Positions 30,101 to 37,400 of a stretch of DNA of 64,000 nucleotides are shown here, in pieces. The stretch covers positions 89,835 through 153,834 of the forward strand of contig JAOUHG010000004.1 of NCBI GenBank assembly GCA_029865265.1. The letters are read 5' to 3'. The translations under genes were made by a program, and so were the position numbers. Each line of letters opens with the position of its first letter. Within the stretch, counting starts at the first letter, position 1. Below the pieces are notes generated by a model. The model saw only the letters and a program-made list of their open reading frames with translations, was not told the origin of the DNA and did no database searches. The DNA comes from Candidatus Krumholzibacteriia bacterium (lineage in GTDB: Bacteria > Krumholzibacteriota > Krumholzibacteriia > WVZY01 > JAKEHA01).

Positions 30101-32532
30101 GCGGCGCGAGGGACTCGCTCGTCTATGAGGTCGTGTCGACCGGCGCGCAGGTTGGCCTGGTCGACATCACCGCTCCGGTGGCGGGGACGGACCGCAACCA
30201 GCCCGCCAACAAACCGGCCGCGAGCGGTACCGCGCAGGTGACGGTGCAGCCCGCGGCCGGGCTGTCGATCCTCTCGACCGCGACCGTGGGGACCGTCAAC
30301 CACGCGACCGCCAACCGCGACACGGTCAACACGAACTTTGCATACGAGATTCACGTGACCGTGCAGAATCTGGGCGAGGCGGTGGACAGCGTGCTGGTCA
30401 ACCTGAGCACCGACCTGGCGTTGAATATGTCGGATATCCAGGCGGCGAGTTCCATCCGTCAGCAGATCGACGCCGATTCGCTGAAGACGTTCGTGTTTAA
30501 TGTCACCTCGCCGAGTGTGTCGACGCCGCTCGAGACCTTCACCGCCACCATCGCAGCGGGTGTGGTATCGCGCAACTCCGGCCAGCCGGTGACGCCCCAG
30601 CCGCCCATCGATGCGACACAGGTGGTGGTGGCGCAGCGGCCGGCGAACCTGGTGACGACCCTGGCCATCACGTCGCCGCCGACGGCCGTTGGCGGTACCG
30701 TGAGCCCCGGCCAGCAGTTCCAGGTGACGGCGCGGGTCAACAACACCGGCCAGGCGCTGGTCGGCGGCGCCGCCGAAGTCGAGTTGACGCTCCCGACCGG
30801 GTTCACGACGACCGACAACACGACACGCCCGTTTGTCGCCAACCAGCCGGTGGTGTGGAGCATCACGGCACCCGGTGCGGAACAGCCGGCCGACACGTTC
30901 CTGTGCGCGATCACGACGCGGCCGATCGATGTGAATACGGGGCAGGTGGCGTCCGCGTCCGTCCCGAGCTCTGTTCTCCTGGTGACCGTCGGCAGCGGCG
31001 GCGGCATGACGTCGCCGACGGTGAGCATCATCGGCCCCACCGGGGCAATCGATGGCACCATCAGCGCCGGGCAAACATTCACCGTGGACGCGTCGGTGGT
31101 TGCGACGCTGGACACGGAGAATATCGTGGCGACGATTGCGTACCCACCGGGCTTCTCCGTGTCGGGCAGCCCGGACCGCGCCATGGGCAACGGAACCGGC
31201 GCCGCGGTTTCCATCAACCCCAAGTACACCGTCACCGCGCCGGCAGTACCCGGCGGCGCGGATATCTATGTCACCTTCGTTGGCACGGACGCAAACTCGG
31301 GCGATCCGGTGTCCGCGGTTGACACCCTCCGGGTGACCGTGGTGCCGGTTGCGTCGCTCTCCGTCAGCGCGGGCATCACCGGCCCGCCCGAGGCCACCGA
31401 TGGAAGCGTGGGGGTGTCGACGCCATTCGTGGTCGAAGCGACGGTGGACAGCCTTGCGGGTACCGCCGGCGTCAGCGGACTCGCGACCATCAGCATCACG
31501 CCGCCCGCCGGCTACACCCTCGACGCGGGAAGCGCCATCGAAAACTTCACCGTCGGTGTGCCCGTGCAGTGGACCTTGCGCTCGCCAGCGATACGCACGC
31601 CGACGCCCGGTCAGATCCAGTTCCGCATCGAGACCATCCCGGTGGACGAGAACAGCGGCCAGACCGCGCAGGTGACCGCGCGCACGGCATCCATCGCCAT
31701 TCTCACCGAAGGCGCCACCGTGGCCGTCACCGAGGTCTCAAGCGGCCTTGGCCTCAACGACGGGCCCGTGCCCGGGGGAACCGCCGGCATCAGCCTGCTC
31801 GGCCTGCGCATGGCGTACAACGCCTCCGACGCCAACGCGCCCGACGCGGCCATCGACAACATCGCCGTTACCGTGTTGGACAAGAACGGCCAGCCTCTGG
31901 GCAACAGCACCCTCGCGCAGACCCTCAAACGTCTCACCGTCGACCTTGGCGCGCAAACCTACGAGGTCGTCGATCCGTCCGCGAACCCCGTCATGGTGGA
32001 TCTCACCGGCGGCGGCATCGACCGCATCATATTGCCGGACAGTTTCGTCACCGCCGTGGTCGGCGTCGACCTCGATGCGTCGCCGAAGGTAACCGAGTTC
32101 AGCGTGGGCATCCGCAACGGCGGCGTCACCGTGCGCGACACCGGCTCGGGCCAGAACCTCAGCATCACCGATGGCAACGGCAATGCGCTCGACGGGCAGA
32201 TTACGTCGGATCCCTTGATCGTGCTCTCCTCGAGCTTCGAGGAGTACGTGCACAACTATCCCAACCCGTTCCGGGCCGGGACACAGTCGACCAGGATCAC
32301 CTACCTACTCGACCAGCCCAGCGACGTGACCATCAAGGTCTACTCGATGACCGGCGAGCTGGTGTGGGAGGAGAGCATCTCTCGCAGCGATCCGGGCGGA
32401 CAAGCCGGCGCGCAGGAGGCCGAGTGGGACGGCCGCAACGGCAGCGGGGAAGTCGTGCGCAACGGTGTCTACGTGTGCGTGCTCAACGCCGGATCCAGGT
32501 CGGCGAAGTTCAGAATCGCGGTGGCCAAGTGA
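18109..32532 (+). CDS. giant (about 4,808 aa) repeat-rich surface protein: Ig-like repeats, CARDB-like repeats, T9SS type-A CTD
   Basis: Uninterrupted 14.4-kb ORF. ATG 18109 gives signal peptide MNLPRLPRVITLAATLSLAWAG (TTG 18070 and ATG 18076 are alternatives). At least 14 repeats of the type V.ARDA.GNPV.GQ.VTF, then about 20 repeats of the type V.N.GGA.V.LDL.... C-terminus NYPNPFRAGTQSTRITYLL...TIKVYSMTGELVWEE...VRNGVYVCVLNAGSRSAKFRIAVAK. Confidence 0.85.
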   Translation: MNLPRLPRVITLAATLSLAWAGVPAAAPGSGTAIISPTTIAAGSSGTWTITYTATEPFKDGTVRLTIPAGWTAPQNGSPVSPGYVSVSTNEPTGNPSLALGGSLITVTVDTLTAANTITITYGVGPTGLAQAATNDSTYTFEIASDPAGTATALIATSPTVQVNPAAPAYLTVAPDDTTVTAGDFAHYRLFVFDTFGNRSPLPSSRTVNFFPTHGQFYLTDDATPIGSVVIPAAQSSVEVHYRATLATTGTPHQLGALTLTGSPQLGGSADVSVVAGPLSTGNSLISATTPVVADGISQSSVEVTSRDAFGNPRQGDTVTLGVDGNADPTDPGPTTDGNGKTSGVVTDETAETVTVSAFINAQLIAATAPIDFVAGGVSGVTSTVDATTPVVANGVATSTITVTARDAQGNPVSGQVVTLALLPTANAVLTQPGGVTNGLGQVTGTLTSTVPGPRTITAVIGVTPLIDNAVVNFNSGPLASFQWTEVDGNAVAGVAETVRLTAKDALGNTVTGYTGTVTLTASSAGSGTVAWASLGINSTVPAGNNTATYTFAPGDNGTLQLSVTDTRAESIQLTATDGVPTGTSASILVGAATADKVVFDAGNNQSATVNTSVGTPPRVLVTDFYNNPVAGATVTFRVITTVTGVGSVDVTAGGGVDSTGTTDAGGYVDCDVWRMGINAGNNRLRALISSGSVPGFTFNATGTAGAENTLSLSPPSQSVTVGAFQVVTATLTDAFGNPKPNTRVDIAITAANGGTLEADPGHTTTQLSPTARWGNTDAAGVTTVRFRAPSTAGLPNTVDASTSVIGQGSVADVVYTSSASGATNLRITFQGASTAAAGTSIEFLVEAIDGNQNVDVTNTSQVNLTPQVGSTLAFSLDDLTFETTQFNLQSGARTIYARATMAGDWNITVDGSGLGPDTKQVSITDTGAIDHYVVTTVPSVVAGVTFDVSVQARDVYDNLVVGANNVVNLVAIDDVTTNPALSTLLVAQTTLSGGLATQAETYTRAELMRVRASASGKEGISGVVNVAAAPAYRIAKISGDNTGVAVSAPQLLEAQVLDAFDNPVAGQSVTFVVIGGGGSVLPGAPSTGAAGTAQTTLTTGSTPGNNLVKATILDENPASLERVDYLVETVPGGVAYFTVVPAKFNPIAGEAVNLTVTAFDAEDNVVSDDNTTQIQLSSGSGTVQFGVATGTLAAGVFSTTVTDNIAEQYTVTAELFGGGVPTGTSAPVTVGHAPAFAVVYVSGNASGVAAGSQQVLQVRVRDAYTNPVPGQPVTFAVASSPGGATITDAVGDPNDGITTTNAAGLAQATLNTSAVSGTNQVNARILDGLPPDHLVPFTVDTSPNSATTLRITFLGPTTVAAGQTSSFKVEALDAGQNLDTSNTSLITLTPQTGSNLDFSLSDFAGGLTQFNLVGGTRTIYVQGTKTGSWNITVDDGPGGLASDTKGITVNDAGVVDHYVVTAPSNAVAGATWNVLVEARDVYDNKVTGASNLVNLAAVLASDSTSLASSSLSVGQATLTGGSVVVNEFYTRAQGIRVRVRDAGSKEGFSGTVQIGAAIAYQVVNVSGDGIDIVAGTTRTLTGRVVDSYNNPVQNQTVSFTAVSGGGDFAGGTTAQSDINGTVVKGFNTGNVVGINVARASILDGNPIGVETTDFTVSTKAGALDNYEVVPVDPLKINLVANETTSVIARARDQYNNYRIQDNTTVVGLTATGSAVLGSAGGTLVNGAFTTTVRDDVAETFTVTAETGLDSGTSNPFTVSPGPPYRIVKVTADPVNGLPVGLQQPLVSEVRDEWNNAVGAGVSVTHLIVQAPDPSAYLRDAVGDTTDGITTTAANGRATALLGPANTAGLNRVSATILDGSPSGLERVTYDVNTVAGGIAKYQVTMGATSATAGTAVSVSVQALDANDNPVADNGTQVDLAGNPGAGLIFAANPLTLSGGTASTTVTASLVQTYAIKASSVLQPAVSGQGASVVVSPAAPAGVITATATADVITANGSSVTTLTSSVIRDAFLNQVPAGGGVTVTTSGGVILGTQPKIIGANGRVSFDLRSSTTPGPVTVSMTSVAGTAFGQKVIQFAQPVAFNTSQGPVPSIVKPGDNLRFRVVVANTSSTAANLTTATRFAFADGVHTFTAFLAAPKTVAAADTATLVFNNTTLDAAFASGAYTPVVTLIGNDQYGSAFNVSSPLPLNAVQVTSIEITLISAPSPVSRGQTRNVSVSVRNNGATPASLNNLTLSFSPGVGVYTPGTPSPALPVQIAAGNTATVVIPVTIETASGLGTDQIDAFAEATVGGQPVTDDSADPHPLGSWQIVAQASLVYAPGSLTPPAASRGKSYGFQMAIQNTGSGVVSLSPALTRLTFTDGSLNFSAAPVQAYAIPGGATQVLTFVDTAIPGGFAAGPVDVVLDAQGTDNGAPFTQLVSTAGSGDQLNIVTPAVLSAVAGTLSPVLTTQGATATFQVAVNNTGGATVDLFPATTTLSFTGFNASLDPTGPTSIGPLGNTTLRFIGTPVSAGSTPPGNYFPQIDVDGTENGLDYGASFASPSSVNVQAAPDILIAAILPSQTTITTDQARRIQVRMVVQNSGGATVSFTSASIRMFSGAVERTAQFGIAPPSAFQGGGNLAPASVDTLLFQVTDVAGPMSAGPLTIEGLLNVEDTATSQPITTNTSNGGKGALSVQTPATINILAVTPSLPTVTAGMDRDFTIRALIRNGGQSDVNVNAAAATLQFTPPGGWVRTPRATLGSGSNLLQGGEVDTLIFDVTTSGSVTGMVGIDATVGGTESNSARTFSNASSGAGSIVVQTAGNIVVSVVSSRATITSGASVPWTLSVTVQNTGGADVNLDLGAAVLVSFGDATTPPVPSVPPVLAGGGTLLSGGETDQFVIGVPVAGVYGTLGPQNMQVLVTGTELNSTVDKFDSDAASVIVQAAPDVAYISLTPSPVAKGVSVPFAVTVRNPVANGATLTLDPVTTRLQFAGGAFDAGLAGGPVTLAALEQKTLLFNSTVVPGGIQSVSQDDAELILNWTENGRSGSNTVEITDGDIEVQEAPELGIVSLIASRATVTAGQTSPTWTVDMVVRNLGGLPVDIDLAADSTYLVMNLLQGGLDVSDEYTIAQPTKLESAGGTLLGPSLTDTLRFTVQQAGLTEGIVIISGLVTGHENSTVVMGNTDAGGTGSFELQARGELAIRSITPARTTATVGQTSTYRIRMAVENTGGAAIDLDLTKPNTDLGFSNSGWLTTLDGNLAGGGVTLSGGEVDTVTFTVDTTGGPAGVVTISGVVAGEETNTAAPKFADTTSGGTGSITLQGAAALSIINVAGSRASITENTGVPWTIDVDVRNTGGAIAQLNLPGGVSASVQDGAVSFAPVVTLQGGGSSLAPGQTGRLVFQATANGAFTSYGAKIITIDVNGSDTNSGDPLNAASNSASILVQKAPVLQLAGFDPFTVTSGANARFNVRVSNPDADAATVTFDRGNTRVHFAAGAYSAFLDLNSPVAIPGGEDTTLVFEDKTVVSSIPLGKYDFNANLAYSANGVPVTFAPSLLDTLSVQAAPTLSIDQIEASRTTVTAGQQADWTVTMTLRNSGTQPITLDLAPAATYLTFVAPGAQVDGGYLVIPPPGLQNAGGVVLGAGLTDVLLFTIDQTGSLTGPVTINGRVRGLVGGVTEVLDDTFDGGRGNVNVQSAAAAAITAIRATQPRVTAGQSAVWGIRVILANSGSSAVDLDFPGLAITFDGADPPTAGWGVTPPTALLSGGSTLAGGSVDSLVFTVEVTGPAGTPAVGVEIPYIEVNTQQADTLLSGGYQPVVVETPPSLHILTTNLLAPNAPNVNVGQGYSVAVNVENSGGAAARDVQLEVESGNGWSTITGVAPIPLVGGAGQTVLVPIPATADTAGLDLLTARIVSALDDNSGEAAPVVIDGDTTEAVNVQTPAQLTVVLVSTSQASVTQGQSNPWNVIVTVENGGGADLDLTAPTNDDLVFRRGAIQNDYSVVPPTAFASGNPAWRLAGGARDSLVYEVVSTGAQVGLVDITAPVAGTDRNQPANKPAASGTAQVTVQPAAGLSILSTATVGTVNHATANRDTVNTNFAYEIHVTVQNLGEAVDSVLVNLSTDLALNMSDIQAASSIRQQIDADSLKTFVFNVTSPSVSTPLETFTATIAAGVVSRNSGQPVTPQPPIDATQVVVAQRPANLVTTLAITSPPTAVGGTVSPGQQFQVTARVNNTGQALVGGAAEVELTLPTGFTTTDNTTRPFVANQPVVWSITAPGAEQPADTFLCAITTRPIDVNTGQVASASVPSSVLLVTVGSGGGMTSPTVSIIGPTGAIDGTISAGQTFTVDASVVATLDTENIVATIAYPPGFSVSGSPDRAMGNGTGAAVSINPKYTVTAPAVPGGADIYVTFVGTDANSGDPVSAVDTLRVTVVPVASLSVSAGITGPPEATDGSVGVSTPFVVEATVDSLAGTAGVSGLATISITPPAGYTLDAGSAIENFTVGVPVQWTLRSPAIRTPTPGQIQFRIETIPVDENSGQTAQVTARTASIAILTEGATVAVTEVSSGLGLNDGPVPGGTAGISLLGLRMAYNASDANAPDAAIDNIAVTVLDKNGQPLGNSTLAQTLKRLTVDLGAQTYEVVDPSANPVMVDLTGGGIDRIILPDSFVTAVVGVDLDASPKVTEFSVGIRNGGVTVRDTGSGQNLSITDGNGNALDGQITSDPLIVLSSSFEEYVHNYPNPFRAGTQSTRITYLLDQPSDVTIKVYSMTGELVWEESISRSDPGGQAGAQEAEWDGRNGSGEVVRNGVYVCVLNAGSRSAKFRIAVAK
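18970..24220 (+). repeat. array of divergent bacterial Ig-like (Big/invasin-type) domain repeats within the giant gene (protein-level periodicity about 100 aa)
   Basis: Recurring V(T/Q)(A/S)RDA(F/Q/Y)(G/D)NPV.G(Q/D).VT(F/L) motifs at roughly 300-nt spacing. Approximate boundaries. Confidence 0.5.
24340..30700 (+). repeat. array of CARDB/DUF11-like domain repeats within the giant gene (about 110-130 aa period)
   Basis: Recurring V(R/Q/E)N(T/S/G)GGA.V(D/N)L(D/N)L and ...L.F(T/S)... motifs. Approximate boundaries. Confidence 0.45.
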
Positions 32533-34415
32533 TGAAACCCGTGACGCGCATACTCTGTGTGGTGACAATGGCCTGCCTGTGCATCCCGGGGACGGCACGT
32601 GCCCAGGACGCCGGCACCCAGAGCATCTTCTCGCTCGGCGCCGGCTCGCGCGGCATCGGGCTGGGCAACGCGTTCGTCTCGCTCGCCGACGACGCCAGCG
32701 CGGTGTACTGGAACCCCGCCGCGCTCAAGAACGCCGGCTCCATGCAGTTCATGGCCATGTACATGCCGCTCTACGGCGACTTCACCGGCGCCGACTACAC
32801 GTACTTTGGCTTCGTCTACCCGACGCTGTCGGCGGGCGCCTTCGGCGTGGGCTACACGCGCGTGGGAACCACCTTCGATTCCTACGACGAGCAGAGCCGC
32901 CCGCTGGGTGAGGGCAACTACTCGGAGAGCCAGCTGCTGTTCTCCTACGCCTTCGAGCGCCACTCGGGCTGGTTCCTGGGCTCGCTGGCCATGGGCGCGA
33001 GCTTCAAGATCAACCGCCAGATCGTGGATCCGTACTCGAGCACCGCGCCCGGCGTCGACGTGGGCTTGCGCTGGATTCCCGACGCGGCCAAGTCGCTCTC
33101 CATCGGTGTGAACCTGCAGGACGTGGTGGGCGCGCAGTACAAGCTGGATCTCAACGAGGACACGGTCTACCGCACCATCCTCATGGGCGCGGGCTGGACC
33201 CGGAACTTCGACAACGGGTCCGCGCTGCGCCTGATGTTGCAGTACGACATGCCCGAGGTGGCCGATGCGCGCTTCCACGCGGGCGCGGAGTACGCGTTCT
33301 CCAAATTCATCGCGTTGCGCGCCGGTTACGACAAGGACGTGGTCACCTTCGGCCTGGGTGTGGGCGCGTTCAACTACGGGCTGGACTACTCGTTCTACTC
33401 GCGCGACGAGGCCGGCTCCAACCAGGGCGTCACCTTCACCGCCCGTCTTGGCAAGTCGCTTGCAGAGCAGCGCGCGGAAATCGCCGAGCAACAGGCCCGG
33501 GAGGAGAGCGAACTCATCCGGCGCACCTTCGAGGCGCGGGTGGCGGCGCACAAGAAGACGGCGCGCGAGCTGGAGGCGCAGGGGGACTGGTCCGGGGCGC
33601 TGGGCGAATGGCGCATCGTGCTGGAGTACGTCCCCGACGACCAGGATGCCATCGAGGCGGCGGATGCGGCTCGAGCCCAGGTGGTGGCGCAACAGGCGGC
33701 CGCGGTGCGCGACGTCGAGACGCAGGCCGCCATTCGCACCCGCTTCGCGCGCGGGCTGGACCTGTTCAACCAGGACGATCTGCTGGGCGCGCGCGGCGAG
33801 TGGCTCGCCGTCCTGCAGATCGACCCGGGCAACCAGGGCGCGCAGGACTACCTGGCGCAGACCAATACCAAGATCAACGTGGCGGTTGGTTCACACATCG
33901 CCAACGCACACGCGCTCGAGTCGCAGAACCGCCTCACCGAGGCCATCGCGGAGTGGAACAACGTGCAGCAGTACGACCCGCAGAACGCCGAGGCGAGTGC
34001 CGCCATCGCGCGCATCCGCACGCGCATCGAGTCGGTCAGCCAGGACTACGCCACCTCGCAGCGCCGGCTGCGCATCGTGACGCTGTACAACGACGCCCTG
34101 CAGGATTACAACGCGGGGAATTACCAGGTGGCCATGACCAAGCTCAACGAACTCCTGCTCCTGCAACCCAACCACGAGGACGCGAAGAAACTGCAGGCGC
34201 TCACCAAGCGCCGCATCACGCCGTTGACCGACCAGGAGAAGTCGCGCGTGCGCGAACTCTACCTGGCCGGCATGCAGCACTTCTCACGGGACGAGTACGC
34301 CCAGGCCATCACCGAGTGGCAGAAGATCCTGGAGATTGATCCCACCAACGAGAGCGTTCAGCGCAGTATCGACGAGGCCCGCGAGCGTCTGCGCAAAGTC
34401 CAGGAACGGAAGTAA
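32532..34415 (+). CDS. PorV-like outer-membrane beta-barrel fused to C-terminal TPR-like domain
   Basis: ATG 32532 shares one nt with the giant gene's TGA (32530-32532). Signal peptide ILCVVTMACLCIPGTARAQ. IFSLGAGSRGIGLGNAFVSLADDASAVYWNPAALKNAG is the PorV/FadL-type signature. About 300 aa of barrel, then about 320 aa of TPR-like helical repeats (EWRIVLEYVPDDQDA..., GEWLAVLQIDPGNQGAQDYLA..., AITEWQKILEIDPTNESVQ). Confidence 0.75.
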   Translation: MKPVTRILCVVTMACLCIPGTARAQDAGTQSIFSLGAGSRGIGLGNAFVSLADDASAVYWNPAALKNAGSMQFMAMYMPLYGDFTGADYTYFGFVYPTLSAGAFGVGYTRVGTTFDSYDEQSRPLGEGNYSESQLLFSYAFERHSGWFLGSLAMGASFKINRQIVDPYSSTAPGVDVGLRWIPDAAKSLSIGVNLQDVVGAQYKLDLNEDTVYRTILMGAGWTRNFDNGSALRLMLQYDMPEVADARFHAGAEYAFSKFIALRAGYDKDVVTFGLGVGAFNYGLDYSFYSRDEAGSNQGVTFTARLGKSLAEQRAEIAEQQAREESELIRRTFEARVAAHKKTARELEAQGDWSGALGEWRIVLEYVPDDQDAIEAADAARAQVVAQQAAAVRDVETQAAIRTRFARGLDLFNQDDLLGARGEWLAVLQIDPGNQGAQDYLAQTNTKINVAVGSHIANAHALESQNRLTEAIAEWNNVQQYDPQNAEASAAIARIRTRIESVSQDYATSQRRLRIVTLYNDALQDYNAGNYQVAMTKLNELLLLQPNHEDAKKLQALTKRRITPLTDQEKSRVRELYLAGMQHFSRDEYAQAITEWQKILEIDPTNESVQRSIDEARERLRKVQERK

Positions 34416-34416
34416 C

Positions 34417-37400
34417 GTGTCCCGGCCGTCCGCTGCTGTCGAGAAGAAGTTGTCTCGCGATCTCACCGTAGTCGCGGAAGACTCCCAGCTGGGGCGGGTG
34501 CGGGATTTTGTGGTGGAAGTGTGCGAGGGGGCCGGATTCAGCCCGCGAGAGGTTTCCAACACCAAGCTGGCAGTCGACGAGGCGTGCACCAACATCATCA
34601 AGCACGCCTACGACGGTTCCGGGGAGCCGGGCAGCATCACCGTTATCGCCGAGATCGACTCCGGCAAGGTCAAGTTCCGGCTGCAGGATCGCGGCAAGCA
34701 CTTTGACTTTTCGGGTGTCAAGGATCCCGACCTCGACCAGTACGTCGAAACTGGCCGCAAGGGCGGCTTCGGCGTGTTCCTCATCAATCGCCTCATGGAC
34801 GGCGTGGAGTACCACGCCACCGACACCGGCAACGAACTGGTCCTCACCAAGCGCAGCCAGGCGACGTTCTCGGCCTCGGTGCTCCCCGGGAGACTCCCGG
34901 CGCGCGGCACGCTGCGCTTCAAGTTCATGGTGCGCGCCAGCAGTGGCCTGCTGGCGCTGGTCACGGTGATCGGCGTGGTCATGTTCGTGCGCCAGACGCA
35001 GGACATCAAGGCGCAGCAGGCCACGCAGTGGATTGAGAAGAGCCGCCTCACCGAGAGCCTGGCGCGGCGCAGCGTGTCGGCCCTGATGGACCCCAACGAG
35101 TACTCGCTGGAGCAAACCAACCTCACATCCGAACTGAGCAAGATGGTGGCGGCCAACGACGAGATTGCCTACGCGCGCGTCGTGGACGCCCTCGGGAACA
35201 TCCGTGCCTCCGCCACCGTGGACGAGGTGTTCCAGCCCTACCGCGCCCCGCAGGCGCAGCTGCTGCTGGACGACGGCCGAGTGACGTGGAGTCGCCTGGA
35301 GATGGACGGGCGCGGCGTGCGCGACATTGCGGTGAGCGTGTCGGTTCAGAACCCGGGTGGCGCGGCCTTCGACATCGGCGTGCTGCACCTGGGCGTATTC
35401 GAAGACGGCGTCGTGGGCGCCATCGAAGACACGCGCCTGCAGACCATGCTCCTGCTGGTGGCGCTGTTTGGCGTGGGCGTGCTGCTCATCCTGGGACTGG
35501 TGCAGGTGTTCGTGCGCCCCATCCAGATTCTCACCGACGGCGTGCGCGCCATCGGCGACGGCAATCTCGAGGGCAAGCTCGACGTGCGCGGCCCGGCCGA
35601 GATCGGTGCCATCGCCGGCGTGTTCAACGAGATCACCGAGAAGTTCAAGAAGGCGCAGACCTCGATCCTCGAGCAGGAAAAGATGCAGAAGGAAATCGAG
35701 GTGGCCAAGCAGATCCAGCAGTCGCTCCTGCCGCGCAATCGCCCGGAGATCTCCGGCTATGACATTGCGCCGCTATACCAGGCCGCGGCCGAGGTGGGCG
35801 GCGACTACTACGACTTCGTGCAGGTGGACGACGACACCATCGGCGTGGTGGTGGCCGACGTGTCGGGCAAGGGCGTTCCCGGGTCGCTGGTCATGACCAT
35901 GATCCGCACCGCGCTGCGCATGGAGGCGCGCGGCAACCGCAATGCGTCCGACGTGATGGCCAAGATGAACGCCTTCGTGACCGACGACATGAAGAAGGGC
36001 ATGTTCGTCACCATGTTCTACGTCATCCTCGACTCCAAGAATCGGGTGATCAGCTACGCCAGCGCCGGACACAATCCGATGATCCTCTATCGCCACGAGA
36101 CCAAGGAGACCTTCTTCCTCAACCCGCGCGGATTCCCGGTGGGCATCAGCCTCCCCGACGAATCCCTGTTCCGCCGTTCCATCAGTCTGGAGAAGATACG
36201 CCTCAAGAAGGACGACATGCTGGTGATCTACACCGACGGCGTCACCGAGGCCATGAACATGCGGCGCGACCAGTACGGCGAGGACCGCCTGGTGGACATG
36301 GTGCGCAGCTACGGACACATGTCGCCCGAGCAGTTCATTGCGCGTCTGGACGAGGACATCCGCCGCTTCACCGGCGACTACCCGCAGAGCGACGACATCA
36401 CCGTGGTGGCGGTGAAGGAAAAGATGACTGCGGACGACGTCCTGTTCGGCATCCGCCGCAAGCTCCTCGACCTGGTGGACGTGCAGGGCATGAGCGTCAA
36501 GGAGGCATGCCAGCAGATGCGCGTGTCGCCGGCCACCTACTACCGCTACAAGCGGCGCCTGGACCTGATGGGCGAGCGTGGCCTGCGCAACGACCAGTTG
36601 CGCGACGACATGAGCCTCAAGCGCGTGAGCCTGGAAGCGCGCAAGCGGATCATCCGCATCATCGTGGCCAATCCGGAGTTCGGCGCCAAGCGCATCACCA
36701 ACGAGTACAACGATGGCCGCGACGAGAACCAGCAAATCACCGAGCGCATGGTCTACGAGGAACTCAAGCGCCTGAACCTCAACACGCGCGACCTGCGCCT
36801 CGACTACCTGCGCCGCAACCGGCTCATCGACGAGGAAGGCAAACCGCTGCCGCCGGGTGCGCGCGAACCCGAGGCGGCGGGGCGCCCGTCAGAGGCGATC
36901 GACGAACTGCTGCGCGACATCCCCGGCGTTTCGCTGTCCCGGGACGCCGGCGAAGCAGCGGCGAAGCCCGCGCCCGAGACGGCGGATGCCGCGCGGACCC
37001 GCCCCGATGCCATGGGGGTGGCCGCGTCGTCCTCGGCCGGCATCACCGAGATTCGCCTCAACGGACACCTCGATTCCGCCTCCTCGGCCGGTCTCGAGAA
37101 ACGCCTGCGCGACATGATCGCCGCCGGCGCCACCCGCATCCTGGTGGACCTGAGCGACGTGTCGTACGTGTCCAGCGGTGGCTGGGGGATCTTCGTGGGT
37201 GAGGTGCACGGCCTGCGCAGTCGTGGCGGAGACATCGTGCTCTCCGGCATGACGCCCGAGGTCTACGATGTCTACGAACTGCTCGGCTTCGCCGACGTGT
37301 TGCGCGCATTCAAGTCCATTGCGGAGGCGCGCGAGTATCTGTCGCTTCCCGCCGATCAGCGCCCGGCACCGGGTCCGGGTCTCTCGCCCGATGAGGTGGC

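Noticed and set aside
18970-30700. Possibility of a CRISPR array or DNA-level tandem repeats inside the giant gene
   Set aside because: The periodicity is only at the protein-motif level. No identical direct nucleotide repeats with unique spacers are seen, so this is a coding repeat protein and not CRISPR.
16220-31074. Several 400-800-aa minus-strand ORFs (16220..18010, 21064..23526, 26539..28524, 29338..31074 and others)
   Set aside because: All lie antisense to the giant repeat gene or its neighbours, and are R/G/H/P-rich. The + strand product has coherent domain repeats and a CTD.
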